DNA from: Gammaproteobacteria bacterium
Lineage (GTDB): Bacteria > Pseudomonadota > Gammaproteobacteria > G965277405
Direction of reading: 5' to 3'
DNA length: 64,000 nucleotides
Assembly (NCBI GenBank): GCA_965277405.1
Contig: OZ255726.1
Coordinates: 1,088,001-1,152,000, forward strand
Part shown: positions 1 through 9,687 of the stretch, piece after piece
Position numbering within the stretch: the stretch's first letter is position 1
Layout of the letters: each line of letters opens with the position of its first letter
Made by a program: the position numbers and the translations under genes
The notes under the pieces: model-generated
Database searches by the model: none
What the model saw: only the letters and a program-made list of their open reading frames with translations
What the model was told of the DNA's origin: nothing

Positions 1-4
1 TGCA

Positions 5-769
5 GTGATTTGGCTGTTCTCACTGCTATCGAGCATAATCTATCTACCGCTTGCTGCTGTTGTGTTTTTGCAACAACAAGCTGCATTTAACGCTACGCAA
101 CTAATTTTTATTGCTGGCAGTGCGGTATCCCACATGGCTTATTTTTTATTGCTGCAAAGAGGGTATAGGAAAGGTGATTTGTCCCTAGTATATCCAACTG
201 CAAGGGCCTGTGGTCCGCTGCTAGCAACATTGTTCGCGGTCACGATGTTGGGTGAAGCAATATCATGGCAAATCGGTATTGGGATGCTCGTCATTATTGT
301 CGGTGTGCTGATGCTAACGGGTGGTTTTTTGCACCGTAGCGTAAGCCAGCGGGCGTCGATTATATTTGGTTTTGCGATAGGTTTGCTGATTGGCGGTTAT
401 ACCACATGGGATGCCTACGCCGTCACAGCGCTGGTGATACCGCCAATATTGCTTGACTATTGCAACAATATTTTTTGCGTATGTTGGCTTGCTCCGCATG
501 CCTGCAGGCATCGACAAACCGTACAGGCTCAGTGGCGTGAGCATAAACGCACGATTGTATGGATTGCGCTGCTCAATCCGTTGGCGTACATCTTGGTGCT
601 GTATGCGCTGACGTTTACTCCAGTGGTATACGTTGCACCGACCAGAGAAATCAGCGTGTTGCTCACCGTGTTGCTGGGCACATGGTTGCTGGGTGAGGGG
701 TACTGGAAGGTGCGGCTGGCATGGTCTGCGGTTATTTTGTTGGGGGTGACGTTGTTGGCAACAGCGTAG
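5..769 (+). CDS. EamA/DMT-family transporter (probably 5'-truncated by window edge)
   Basis: Many TM helices; GDLSLVYP and YVAPTREISVL motifs typical of EamA repeats. Confidence 0.8.
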   Translation: MIWLFSLLSSIIYLPLAAVVFLQQQAAFNATQLIFIAGSAVSHMAYFLLLQRGYRKGDLSLVYPTARACGPLLATLFAVTMLGEAISWQIGIGMLVIIVGVLMLTGGFLHRSVSQRASIIFGFAIGLLIGGYTTWDAYAVTALVIPPILLDYCNNIFCVCWLAPHACRHRQTVQAQWREHKRTIVWIALLNPLAYILVLYALTFTPVVYVAPTREISVLLTVLLGTWLLGEGYWKVRLAWSAVILLGVTLLATA

Positions 770-903
770 GTCGCTGTGGTTGACAACCGGTGTTGCCAGC
801 TAGCGCATTATGCTGCAAGAAAGACCCTTGCATGCTAGCAACGTTGTTGCAATGCGCGTTGAGTGTATTATTATTCATTTAATGAAAATAAATCGAATTT
901 ACC

Positions 904-1941
904 GTGCAGCCACATAACTTAGACACCATTGCCTCACGGGTTGCTTGGATGTATTACGTTGCTGATATGACGCAGGGTGCTATTGCGGCTGAATTAGAAA
1001 TACCCCAAGCAAAAGTCCATCGATTACTGGTGCGCGCCAAAAAAATGGGGGTTGTGCAGATTACCATTGACCCAATCGTCAAAGAATGTATCGAACTTGA
1101 GCAAACCATTCAACACACCTTTGGGTTGACGATGGTGTGTGTTGCTCCAGCGTTGCCAGCGTCAGCTATAGAGCATGGATTGTTTGATGCGCTAGGGCGC
1201 CGACCATCAGTCGACAACCCCTCTCGCTGCGCTATAGAGCATGGATTGTTTGATGCGCTAGGGCGCATGGGAGCATTGTTTCTGCAAAATCAGTTGAAAA
1301 AAAACAGTTACACAACTGTAGGTTTTGGTCATGGACGAACGATGTCTGCGTTGGTAGTTCACTATATCCATACCAGTACAACCAATACAAGGTTCGTCTC
1401 GTTACTGGGTGGGTTGACGCAAAAATTTGCCGCAAACCCATACGATGTTATCCATAAATTTGCAGAAAAAACCAATGCTGATGCTTTTTTGATTCCTGCG
1501 CCGTTGTTTGCCGACACCGAGGAAGATAAGAATTTGATGATGCAGCAAAGCATGATAAAAAAAGTTGATGAGATTATCGCTGATGTTGGTCTGGCACTAT
1601 TTGGCATCGGTTGTATTGATGATACCAGCGCGGCATACATCGATAAAAGTAGCGCAGATTTGGGCGCGATTGTGCAAACGTTTGCAGAGCAACACGTGTG
1701 CGCAGAATTGCTCGGGTGTTTTTTTGATGTTGACGGTAACCGCGTCCATACAGCGCTAGATGGACGGTTGATGGGTGCCAATATCAACACGTTACATAGC
1801 GCTAAAAAAATCGCTATTGCCGGAGGAGTCAACAAGCGTGGTGCGATTGTTGCAGCGCTGCGGACGGGGTTATTAAACGGACTGATTACCGATGAAGATA
1901 CCGCGCGACATCTTGTGCTCCACGCGGATACTGGTAAATAA
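904..1941 (+). CDS. SorC/LsrR/EryD-family sugar-binding transcriptional regulator
   Basis: N-terminal HTH (VAWMYYVADMTQGAIAAEL); GFGHGRT and C-terminal IAIAGG..K..AI.AALRTG...LITDE. Confidence 0.88.
   Translation: MQPHNLDTIASRVAWMYYVADMTQGAIAAELEIPQAKVHRLLVRAKKMGVVQITIDPIVKECIELEQTIQHTFGLTMVCVAPALPASAIEHGLFDALGRRPSVDNPSRCAIEHGLFDALGRMGALFLQNQLKKNSYTTVGFGHGRTMSALVVHYIHTSTTNTRFVSLLGGLTQKFAANPYDVIHKFAEKTNADAFLIPAPLFADTEEDKNLMMQQSMIKKVDEIIADVGLALFGIGCIDDTSAAYIDKSSADLGAIVQTFAEQHVCAELLGCFFDVDGNRVHTALDGRLMGANINTLHSAKKIAIAGGVNKRGAIVAALRTGLLNGLITDEDTARHLVLHADTGK
1165..1266 (+). repeat. Perfect 36-bp direct repeat separated by a 30-bp unique insert, in frame within the regulator
   Basis: GCTATAGAGCATGGATTGTTTGATGCGCTAGGGCGC at 1165-1200 and 1231-1266. 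Confidence 0.95.
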
Positions 1942-1946
1942 CCAAT

Positions 1947-3443
1947 ATGACTGCGTACGACGTCTGCGTGATTGGAGGTGGGATCAACGGAGTGGGGATT
2001 GCCCGCGATGCTGCCGGGCGTGGGCTATCAGTAATATTGTGTGAAAAAGGTGACCTTGGCGAAGGAACATCGTCAAAATCGAGTAAATACATCCACGGTG
2101 GGTTGCGATACTTGGAATACTATCAATTTCGCTTGGTGCGTGAAGCGTTGGGTGAACGTGAAGTTATTATGGGAATTGCCCCGCATATTTCACACCCACT
2201 GCGGTTGCATCTTATCCATAGTAAAGAGCAGCGCCCGCGTTGGTTGATTCGACTAGGGTTGTTTTTGTATGATAATCTTAGTAAGCGTAAACAGTTGCCT
2301 GCAAGCACTGCTGTCGATTTTTCAAAGATTCCGCATCAGGGTGTCTTAAAGACTGAATATAAACGCGGCTTTAGCTATTCTGATGGCTGGGTCGACGATG
2401 CTAGATTGGTGGTACTGAATGCAGTAGATGCGCACCAACGTGGGGCAGAGATTGCGGTGCGGACAGCGTTTACTGGTGCAAAAAAAACTGCAGCAGGTTG
2501 GGAAGTAACGTTGGTAAGCGCAGCAATAGGCGAATATACAGTACAAGCTAAATCACTCGTTAACGCAGCTGGGCCATGGGTCGAAAACACTATTCGCAAT
2601 ATTGAACACATAAAAAAAAGCCGCAACATCCGTTTGGTAAAGGGCAGCCACATCATCACCAAACGCTGGTGGCAGGGAGATCATGGCTATGTGTTGCAAA
2701 ATCACGACAAACGTATCGTGTTTGTAAGCCCATATTTTGCTGACCTTGCGTTGATAGGTACGACAGATACACCATATGTAGGAGCTGTCGAAGATGTCGC
2801 TATAGATGATCAAGAACTCAGCTATTTATTATCCGTGTGCAACCGTTATTTCACCCATCAGCTGCGTGCAGATGACGTGCTTACTACGTATTCTGGAGTA
2901 CGCCCATTATTCGACGATGACGCGGCAAAAAATGCATCGGCTGTCAGCCGAGATTATCTACTTGATTTTGATAGAGACACAGCAATGCTGAATGTTTTCG
3001 GTGGTAAACTCACCACATACCGCAAGTTAGCATTTGCTGCGGTGAATACCTTACAGCCACTGTTTCCTAATATAAGTATGGCAGACTGGACTGGTGGTCA
3101 ATCGCTCCCTGGAGGTGAATACCGCAGCAAGGATCTGGAAAAAGTGCGCAATGGCTTTGTTGCGGCACATGCGTGGTTAGATGAGTCACTAGCGCTGCTA
3201 TATTTTAGTTACTATGGCAAGCGCGCTGAGTCAATGTTGGCAGGCAAGCAGAGTATGGGCGACCTTGGGAAACATTTTGGCGGTCAACTTTTCGAAGCTG
3301 AGGTGCGTTGGCTGCAGCAGCACGAATGGGCACACAGCGCTGCTGATATTATTTGGCGGCGCACTAAACACGGATTATGGCTGAGCAAACCGCAAATCAA
3401 AGCCCTTGCTACGTGGCTCGAAGAGAATCCTATATCCGCGTAA
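1947..3443 (+). CDS. glpD: FAD-dependent glycerol-3-phosphate dehydrogenase (GlpD/EryB family)
   Basis: GGGINGVGIARDAAGRG, TSSKSSKYIHGGLRYLE, GGKLTTYR. Confidence 0.85.
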   Translation: MTAYDVCVIGGGINGVGIARDAAGRGLSVILCEKGDLGEGTSSKSSKYIHGGLRYLEYYQFRLVREALGEREVIMGIAPHISHPLRLHLIHSKEQRPRWLIRLGLFLYDNLSKRKQLPASTAVDFSKIPHQGVLKTEYKRGFSYSDGWVDDARLVVLNAVDAHQRGAEIAVRTAFTGAKKTAAGWEVTLVSAAIGEYTVQAKSLVNAAGPWVENTIRNIEHIKKSRNIRLVKGSHIITKRWWQGDHGYVLQNHDKRIVFVSPYFADLALIGTTDTPYVGAVEDVAIDDQELSYLLSVCNRYFTHQLRADDVLTTYSGVRPLFDDDAAKNASAVSRDYLLDFDRDTAMLNVFGGKLTTYRKLAFAAVNTLQPLFPNISMADWTGGQSLPGGEYRSKDLEKVRNGFVAAHAWLDESLALLYFSYYGKRAESMLAGKQSMGDLGKHFGGQLFEAEVRWLQQHEWAHSAADIIWRRTKHGLWLSKPQIKALATWLEENPISA

Positions 3444-3461
3444 ATTGGTCAATATGTTACG

Positions 3462-4211
3462 ATGATTGTTGACTGGCAATTTTATGCGTTCGCAATTCCT
3501 GCGGTAGTATTATTCGGGATGGGCAAGGGCGGTCTCGGAGGGGTATTCACATTAGCTGCTGTACCGCTTATTACCTTAGGCACAAACACCGTAACAGCGG
3601 TTGCTGTACTCCTGCCAATTCTTTGCGTCATGGATATTATCGTCGTCCACAAATACTGGAAATATTGGGATTACCATACCTGCAAACCTATTTTTGCGGG
3701 AATAGTCGTCGGCAGTATTTTTGGTTTTTGGTTTTGGGGTTCGGTCGATGAACAATTGCTACTACTGGTCATCGGCAGTATTGCCATTGTCTTTGCTACT
3801 AATTTTTTAATCGGTGTCGAACCACAACTACCGCGGCGGTATAATCATATTTTTGGCGTTATTTGTTCAACTATAGCCGGGTTTGCCAGCTTTATTATCC
3901 ATGCTGGGGCTGCGCCGCTTACCATCTATTTGAACACCCTCAAATTATCTCCAATCAAATTTATGGCGACGTTTACCATGGCGTTTGCCTTGAGCAATTA
4001 CGGCAAGTTGATTCCCTACTACATGCTAGATATGTTGAGCACTAAATACCTGCTCACCGCATTGGTATTAATGCCGCTGGCACCAATTGGTGTAGGATTG
4101 GGTTTTTATTTTCTCAAGAAATTCAATGTCAAAATATTCCAAACCTACATTGCGGTAACGCTGCTGATTATTGGCGCGAAGCTCGTATATGATGGATGTA
4201 TTGGCTGGTAA
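3462..4211 (+). CDS. TauE/SafE-family sulfite exporter
   Basis: ~250 aa polytopic membrane protein, GMGKGGLGG and SFIIHAG motifs. Confidence 0.8.
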   Translation: MIVDWQFYAFAIPAVVLFGMGKGGLGGVFTLAAVPLITLGTNTVTAVAVLLPILCVMDIIVVHKYWKYWDYHTCKPIFAGIVVGSIFGFWFWGSVDEQLLLLVIGSIAIVFATNFLIGVEPQLPRRYNHIFGVICSTIAGFASFIIHAGAAPLTIYLNTLKLSPIKFMATFTMAFALSNYGKLIPYYMLDMLSTKYLLTALVLMPLAPIGVGLGFYFLKKFNVKIFQTYIAVTLLIIGAKLVYDGCIGW

Positions 4212-4243
4212 CAGTATATGTTGTTGTATGTCAGATTCACCAT

Positions 4244-4268
4244 CATCATGGACTTAATCAGAGGTTCC
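4244..4268 (-). mobile_element. Solo MITE left-end fragment (reverse orientation)
   Basis: CATCATGGACTTAATCAGAGGTTCC followed by TTAT matches the reverse complement of the MITE left end. Confidence 0.7.
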
Positions 4269-4457
4269 TTATATATCTGTTGTTATGATGTCAAGCACTG
4301 ACGCAGTCATCAAGCCGCAACATGGTACAAACCAGTCATGACAGGGTTGTCCAGATTGTGATGTGCTCCGATATGATTTATGCTGAATATGTAGATGAGC
4401 GCTGGCCATAGGCTAGCAGATGTTCGTCATTCTAGATATTTCGCGCGGGTATAACTG

Positions 4458-5765
4458 ATGAAGAAGTGGTTGAGTGTTGAGGAAATACAGCGATTTCGCC
4501 AGCAACATCCGCAGGTGACAGAAGTAGATGTATTGCTGGCAGATATCAATGGGATTTTACGTGGTAAACGGATGAGGCTAGACAAGATTGACAGCTATGC
4601 CGCAGCTGGACTAGCAGTAATGCCGTTGTCGATGGGGTTGCAATCTATTGCAGGAAATGCTCCACCAGTGTCTACTTTTGTGGCAGATATTGCGTTTGGC
4701 GACCCCGATTATCATTGTCGTGGGCAAGCCAAGACACTCCGAGTTAATCATAGTGACCGCGGGGTGTTGGGGATTGGTGCGACAAGTGATGATGGACTGC
4801 GCTGGCATCAATATGATCCGCGCCGAGTGCTTGATGATATTTGCGAGCGGATTGCCCCGCATGACATTTTATGCACGATTGAACTCGAATTTTATTTGTT
4901 CGGAGCGTCTGCACTTGGCGAAAAAAAGCATGGACAATGTTATGGCATTGAAGAGTTAACGCAGATCGATACTTTTTTGCAGTACGTTACCAACCGTGCA
5001 GCTGCCATTGGTTTGGCATTGGAAAGTATTTCTAAAGAATACGGTTCAGAGCAGTTTGAAATTACGACATTACCAACAACACCACAACAGGCATGCTGGG
5101 ATGTAGTCATGCTACGCTGGTTGGTCCGTCAAGTTGCTCAAGAATGTAACATGGAAGCGACATTCATGGCGAAACCGTATGCGCATCAGGTTGGCAATGG
5201 CATGCATGTCAACGTCAGCCTGTGGCAAGGGCGGGACAATATATTTTTCGATAAGGTACAACAAGGCCCAAGTCAACAATGCATGCACGCCATTGCGGGG
5301 CTGCAACAGCTATTTTTAGAAACGGTGTTGGTGTGCGCACCGCATGTAAATTCGTACAAGCGCTTTGCGGTAGGCAACTATGCTCCGATCAATGCCAGTT
5401 GGGCGGTCAATAGCAGGCATGTTGCGCTGCGCTTGCCGCTTAGTAATGAACAATCGATGCGGCTTGAGCACCGAGTAGCGGGGGCAGACGCCAATCCGTA
5501 CTTAGTGCTTGCCGCAGTACTTGCAGGTATTGATGCAGGGATGCAATGCAAAAAAATGCCATTGGCCGCAGGCAAATATAAACATTCATGCCACGGCATA
5601 GGGTTTGAAACAGCGTTGCTATATTACCGCCGCGGCAAAACTCTCAAGCAGTATTGGCAGCATGGATTTCACAATCTTTTTGCTAAGTTGCGCCAATGGG
5701 AATGGCAGCAATATTCAAGCCAAGTGAGCAGTACAGAGCGCAACTGGTATAGCAGCGTGTTATAA
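4458..5765 (+). CDS. Glutamine synthetase-like gamma-glutamyl ligase (PuuA-like)
   Basis: DINGILRGKR, ELEFY, FMAKP, GNGMH, NSYKRF, RLEHRVAGADANPYL. Confidence 0.85.
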   Translation: MKKWLSVEEIQRFRQQHPQVTEVDVLLADINGILRGKRMRLDKIDSYAAAGLAVMPLSMGLQSIAGNAPPVSTFVADIAFGDPDYHCRGQAKTLRVNHSDRGVLGIGATSDDGLRWHQYDPRRVLDDICERIAPHDILCTIELEFYLFGASALGEKKHGQCYGIEELTQIDTFLQYVTNRAAAIGLALESISKEYGSEQFEITTLPTTPQQACWDVVMLRWLVRQVAQECNMEATFMAKPYAHQVGNGMHVNVSLWQGRDNIFFDKVQQGPSQQCMHAIAGLQQLFLETVLVCAPHVNSYKRFAVGNYAPINASWAVNSRHVALRLPLSNEQSMRLEHRVAGADANPYLVLAAVLAGIDAGMQCKKMPLAAGKYKHSCHGIGFETALLYYRRGKTLKQYWQHGFHNLFAKLRQWEWQQYSSQVSSTERNWYSSVL

Positions 5766-7010
5766 GCGCTGGCTGGCGGCGGTATGTTGCAAATGCGCAA
5801 TAGCGGGCAGATCAAACACATCCATTGCTTTGCCAGCGAGGAGAAACGAACCAAATATAAGCAATGGTTGTTGTTGCGCAAGCAGCCATTGCTCGATGTC
5901 CTGCCAATCAATAACTGCTGCATTGCCATCGAATACAGCATTCAGCCTTGCAAGCGGCATTGCCCGAGTGCTTGGTGGCTGAGTGATGAACCAATGCTCA
6001 ACGGTTGGGAATTGCTGATAAAACGGTTGCAGTACTTTGTCGGACATTGCCGTGAAGATTGCCGCCCTGGCGGGAAACTGGCGTTTGGCAAGTGCGTGAA
6101 TGCTTGCTTGATTGTGGGCGCAGTCGATATACACGGTGCTATTGCCGATACGATATCTGCTTTGCCGCGCTGGAAAGGCTAGAGTGGCTAACACCGTATC
6201 GACGCTGGAGGACAGTATTTTTATTTGTGCAGCTTCGCAGGCAGCAAGCGTTAAGGCAATATTTACTGGTTGAAAGTGTGCAGGCATTGGCACTTGTATG
6301 ATGTTATTGCCAACATAGCGACCAGCGGCACTCAAGCTAAAATCTTGGTTGAAAACGCGTAATTCTGCCTGTTGCTGGTGCGCTGCTGTGCGAATAGCCT
6401 GGTGCGCTGCGGCACTACAAATTATTGCATTCTTGGCAATAATTCCTGCCTTTTCATGAGCAATTTTAGCAATCGTACCCCCGAGCCATTGTTGGTGGTC
6501 AAGGTCAATGGTGGTGATGACGGCAATCGGTGCCGGGAATGCTGCGACTGCATCATATCTGCCGCCAAGCCCAACTTCACTGATAATAATATCAAGGCTG
6601 TGTTGTTGAAACACCCAGAATGCCAGCAGCGTGTTGTATTCAAAAAAAGTAAGTTGTAAATCAGCACATTGTGTATGAATTGCCTGCAGCCCTTTGGCAA
6701 GTATTTTGTCTGCAATAGCTAGCCCGTCAATACGAATACGTTCGCTAAAGCTGCGCAAATGTGGCGATGTCAACGTGCCAACACGTAGGTTATGGGCAAT
6801 GGCGCAGTGTTCAATCAACGTTGTCACAGTGCCTTTCCCATTGGTACCAGCAACAGATATATGGGTGGGACGCACTGAAATTGCCAGACGTTGCCGTGCT
6901 GCTTGGACGCGGTCTAACGTCAGATCAATAATGGCACTGGGGGCGGTATGCTCAAGCCAAGCTAACCAGCACGGAAGATTGGCGGAGTTGCGCGGACTAG
7001 CTGGTTGCAA
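5760..7010 (-). CDS. folC: Bifunctional folylpolyglutamate/dihydrofolate synthase (start uncertain)
   Basis: VAGTNGKG, TSPHL..F.ERIR, EVGLGGRYDA, DCAHN; follows accD. Confidence 0.92.
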   Translation of the reverse strand: MQPASPRNSANLPCWLAWLEHTAPSAIIDLTLDRVQAARQRLAISVRPTHISVAGTNGKGTVTTLIEHCAIAHNLRVGTLTSPHLRSFSERIRIDGLAIADKILAKGLQAIHTQCADLQLTFFEYNTLLAFWVFQQHSLDIIISEVGLGGRYDAVAAFPAPIAVITTIDLDHQQWLGGTIAKIAHEKAGIIAKNAIICSAAAHQAIRTAAHQQQAELRVFNQDFSLSAAGRYVGNNIIQVPMPAHFQPVNIALTLAACEAAQIKILSSSVDTVLATLAFPARQSRYRIGNSTVYIDCAHNQASIHALAKRQFPARAAIFTAMSDKVLQPFYQQFPTVEHWFITQPPSTRAMPLARLNAVFDGNAAVIDWQDIEQWLLAQQQPLLIFGSFLLAGKAMDVFDLPAIAHLQHTAASQRL

Positions 7011-7018
7011 GTGTTGGA

Positions 7019-7885
7019 CTATTTGCTGTTAACATTTGCAGTTAACATTTGTAATAGATGGGCAATTGTTGATCGCATCATTGTTCTGGTGACAATCATA
7101 TCTACAGCACCGTGCTCAAGCAAAAATTTACTGGTTTGAAATCCTTCAGGGAGTGTTTCGCGCACTGTTTGTTGAATAACCCGAGGTCCGGCAAATCCTA
7201 CTGCAGCATCGGCTTCTGCAATAATAACATCACCAAGCATCGCTAAACTGGCGGTTACCCCTCCATATGTTGGGTCGGTGAGCACAGATATAAAAGGAAT
7301 ATTGTGTTGTTTCAGTTTGGCGATTGCCGCGCTAGTTTTCCCCATTTGCATCAGCGACATCAGCCCTTCTTGCATGCGTGCGCCGCCGCTTGATGAAAAG
7401 CAAATAAAAGGATGTTTATTGACAATGGCCAGATCACAACATTGGCGAAAAATTTCACCAATTCCCGAACTCATTGATCCACCAAGAAAGGCGAAGTCAA
7501 ATGCCATAATAACGACGGGCTGTTTCATTAACGTCCCTGAATATGCGAGTGCAGCTTCTTGATTTCCAGTTTTCTTTTGCGCATCAGCAATACGATCTAC
7601 ATAGCGTTTTGAATCTTTGAACTTGAGCCAATCGTAAGGTTTGATATTTTCACAAATAGCAACACGACCTTCGCCGTCAAGAAAAATATCAATGCGCCGT
7701 TTGGCAGAAATTCTGTGGTGGTGTTGACAATGGGGACAAATAGATAGTTTTTTTTCTAAATCAGGAATGTAGAGAGCTTTATCGCAACGAGAACACTTTT
7801 CCCATAGCCCTTTCGGTATTTGATGTTGTCCACTTTGCGCAATGTCGCTTGATAGTCCAGCAACAATCCTATTGAACCAATTCAT
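7019..7885 (-). CDS. accD: Acetyl-CoA carboxylase carboxyltransferase beta subunit
   Basis: GLWEKC..C zinc finger, SGGARMQEG, GFAGPRVI; start re-set to MNWF at 7885. Confidence 0.95.
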   Translation of the reverse strand: MNWFNRIVAGLSSDIAQSGQHQIPKGLWEKCSRCDKALYIPDLEKKLSICPHCQHHHRISAKRRIDIFLDGEGRVAICENIKPYDWLKFKDSKRYVDRIADAQKKTGNQEAALAYSGTLMKQPVVIMAFDFAFLGGSMSSGIGEIFRQCCDLAIVNKHPFICFSSSGGARMQEGLMSLMQMGKTSAAIAKLKQHNIPFISVLTDPTYGGVTASLAMLGDVIIAEADAAVGFAGPRVIQQTVRETLPEGFQTSKFLLEHGAVDMIVTRTMMRSTIAHLLQMLTANVNSK

Positions 7886-7960
7886 TACATATATTGTGTG
7901 AAAAAGGCAGTTTGCATCAAAATTGATATTTTGTAAATGCTTAGGGAAGCTCTGATTAAG

Positions 7961-8116
7961 ACTCGCATATACTCCAAGAACTCGCATATACTCCAAAAAA
8001 GTAATAGCAATAATTTTCAATGGTCAATATTTGATCATTTCGCTGATCTTCGTGTTGCTGTTTTACTGTTTTTTTACTGTTTTTTACTGTTTTTCTTGTT
8101 TTTTACTGTTTTTCTT
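7961..8116 (+). repeat. Short tandem repeats in the IS5 non-coding arm
   Basis: 19-bp duplication ACTCGCATATACTCCAA(G/A)A at 7961-7998; degenerate TTTTTACTGT-type repeats at ~8056-8116. Confidence 0.8.
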
Positions 8117-8131
8117 GAATTTTGGGCGGTT

Positions 8132-9078
8132 CTATCCTGTTAGTCGTCCTCGCAGCATGTATAAGTTCGTCAATGCAAGCAAAGAAAATACTTGTACTCG
8201 ATTCTTTTCTAGTCCTTTGTAGCGAGCTTTCTTATAACCAAACTGACATTTGATTACCCGAAAACAGTGCTCAATCCGGGCGCGCACCTTAGAGTTCTGT
8301 CTATTGCGTTTGCGCTGCGAGCCGCTCATTTGCTGCTTTGGTTTACGTTTATCATTCACGCGCCAATCTATCCCAAGGTGACGCGAGCCGCGTTTATAAC
8401 TGTCGCTCGTATATCCTGCATCGGCAAAGATAACCTTATCTGTTTCACGCAGCAATTTTGGGAGTTCATTGATGTCAGCTTCATTCGCGGCTGTCACTGT
8501 CGCGCTATGAATCATATTGCTATTAGCGTCAGTTCCTATATGAATCTTCATGCCAAAATACCACTGATTGCCTTTCCTTGTTTGATGCATTTCAGGATCA
8601 CGGGCTTTCTCTTTATTCTTCGTAGATGATGGTGCATGGATGATCGTGGCATCAACCATCGACCCTTGTGAGATTGTTATATTATTTTCCATACAATACT
8701 CATTCACCACAGCAAGTATCTTGACGCTGAGTTGATGTTTTTCTATGATCCTGCGGAAGTTCAAGATGGTAGTTTCATCAGGGATGGCATCGTCTATCAG
8801 CTCTATATGGGCAAAACGCCGCATGCTTTCCATGTCATATAGTGCTTCTTCTACCCCTGGGTCTGATAAGTTGTACCATTGCTGTAACAATAAACGCGTA
8901 ACATGGTCTGCATATTAATTGGTGGGCGGCCATTCCCTTTCTTGGGATAATGCGGTTCTATTAACGCTAACAACCGTTGCCATGGAGCTAATTTGTCCAT
9001 CGACTGCAAGAATTTTTCACGTTTTGTTGTTACTTTCTTGTGGTCGTATGCAGCACTGGCAAAAGTTGTTTGTTTCAT
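8132..9078 (-). pseudogene. IS5-family DDE transposase split by a 1-nt frameshift near 8890
   Basis: ORF 8851-9078 (MKQTTF...MLRVY) and ORF 8132-8890 (LQQWYNLSD, VDATII, FGMKIH, ADAGY, RARIEH.F) join into one transposase if one base is restored. Confidence 0.88.
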
Positions 9079-9176
9079 AAGATTATCCGCTTATTCAAAT
9101 ATTCAAATAGATTCACCATTGTATATCTTTCTAGCTGATATTGCTGTTGTTTGGGACTTAATCAGAGCTTCCTTAA

Positions 9177-9213
9177 GAAACCTCTGATTAACTCGATGGT
9201 GGGCGCGACGCGG
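9177..9213 (+). mobile_element. Degenerate MITE-like end abutting the IS5 end
   Basis: GAAACCTCTGATTAACTCGATGGTGGGCGCGACGCGG directly after the TTAA flank. Confidence 0.6.
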
Positions 9214-9326
9214 TTTGGCGCGATGCAGGGCGCGGCGGCTTGTGCAAAACCACCGTATAAATTTTGCCTGCCGATTTATGCAATATCACGCTGCCAAGTC
9301 GATGAAAATATTCTATGCTTAATTAG

Positions 9327-9613
9327 GAAAGCTCTGATTAATTCCATGATGGGCGAGACGGAGAAAAAACGCTGATGATAACTAGACGCAGTACGCAGAT
9401 AATACTGGTGGTATTATCAAGTGCTGCAACGACGTTAGCGCAGCGTTTTTTCCCGTCCTTCTGTTGAATATACTTTGGGTTTGATGGTAGCGGTACTTGC
9501 TGTGTTGCATCCCTTGGCGTATATGCTACAGCATGCGCTTAGCGGTTTTGCGCCTTGCAATCATCAGCAATTGCCATCAAACTCGCTCCATCAGCGACTT
9601 AATCAGAGGTTCC
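9327..9613 (+). mobile_element. MITE copy 1 (287 bp, IS5-type ends)
   Basis: GAAAGCTCTGATTAAT...CTTAATCAGAGGTTCC, flanks TTAG/TCAG, conserved body. Confidence 0.9.
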
Positions 9614-9687
9614 TCAGAGATTCATTGCATCTTGGTGTTGTATCAACAACGTCAAGCATTTTATTCACATTCTAATTGGTTAGCATT

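Larger units (their letters stand above)
7945..9172 (-). mobile_element. IS5-family insertion sequence (1228 bp)
   Basis: Perfect 16-bp terminal IRs GGAAGCTCTGATTAAG (7945-7960) / CTTAATCAGAGCTTCC (9157-9172), flanked by TTAG and TTAA; encloses transposase. Confidence 0.92.

Noticed and set aside
874-886. TTCATTTAATGAA palindrome as operator of the SorC-family regulator
   Set aside because: Plausible position but short and AT-rich, with no second copy to support it.
1165-1266. CRISPR array
   Set aside because: Only two repeats, both in-frame coding sequence of a regulator; no leader or cas genes in the window. Kept only as an insertion anomaly.
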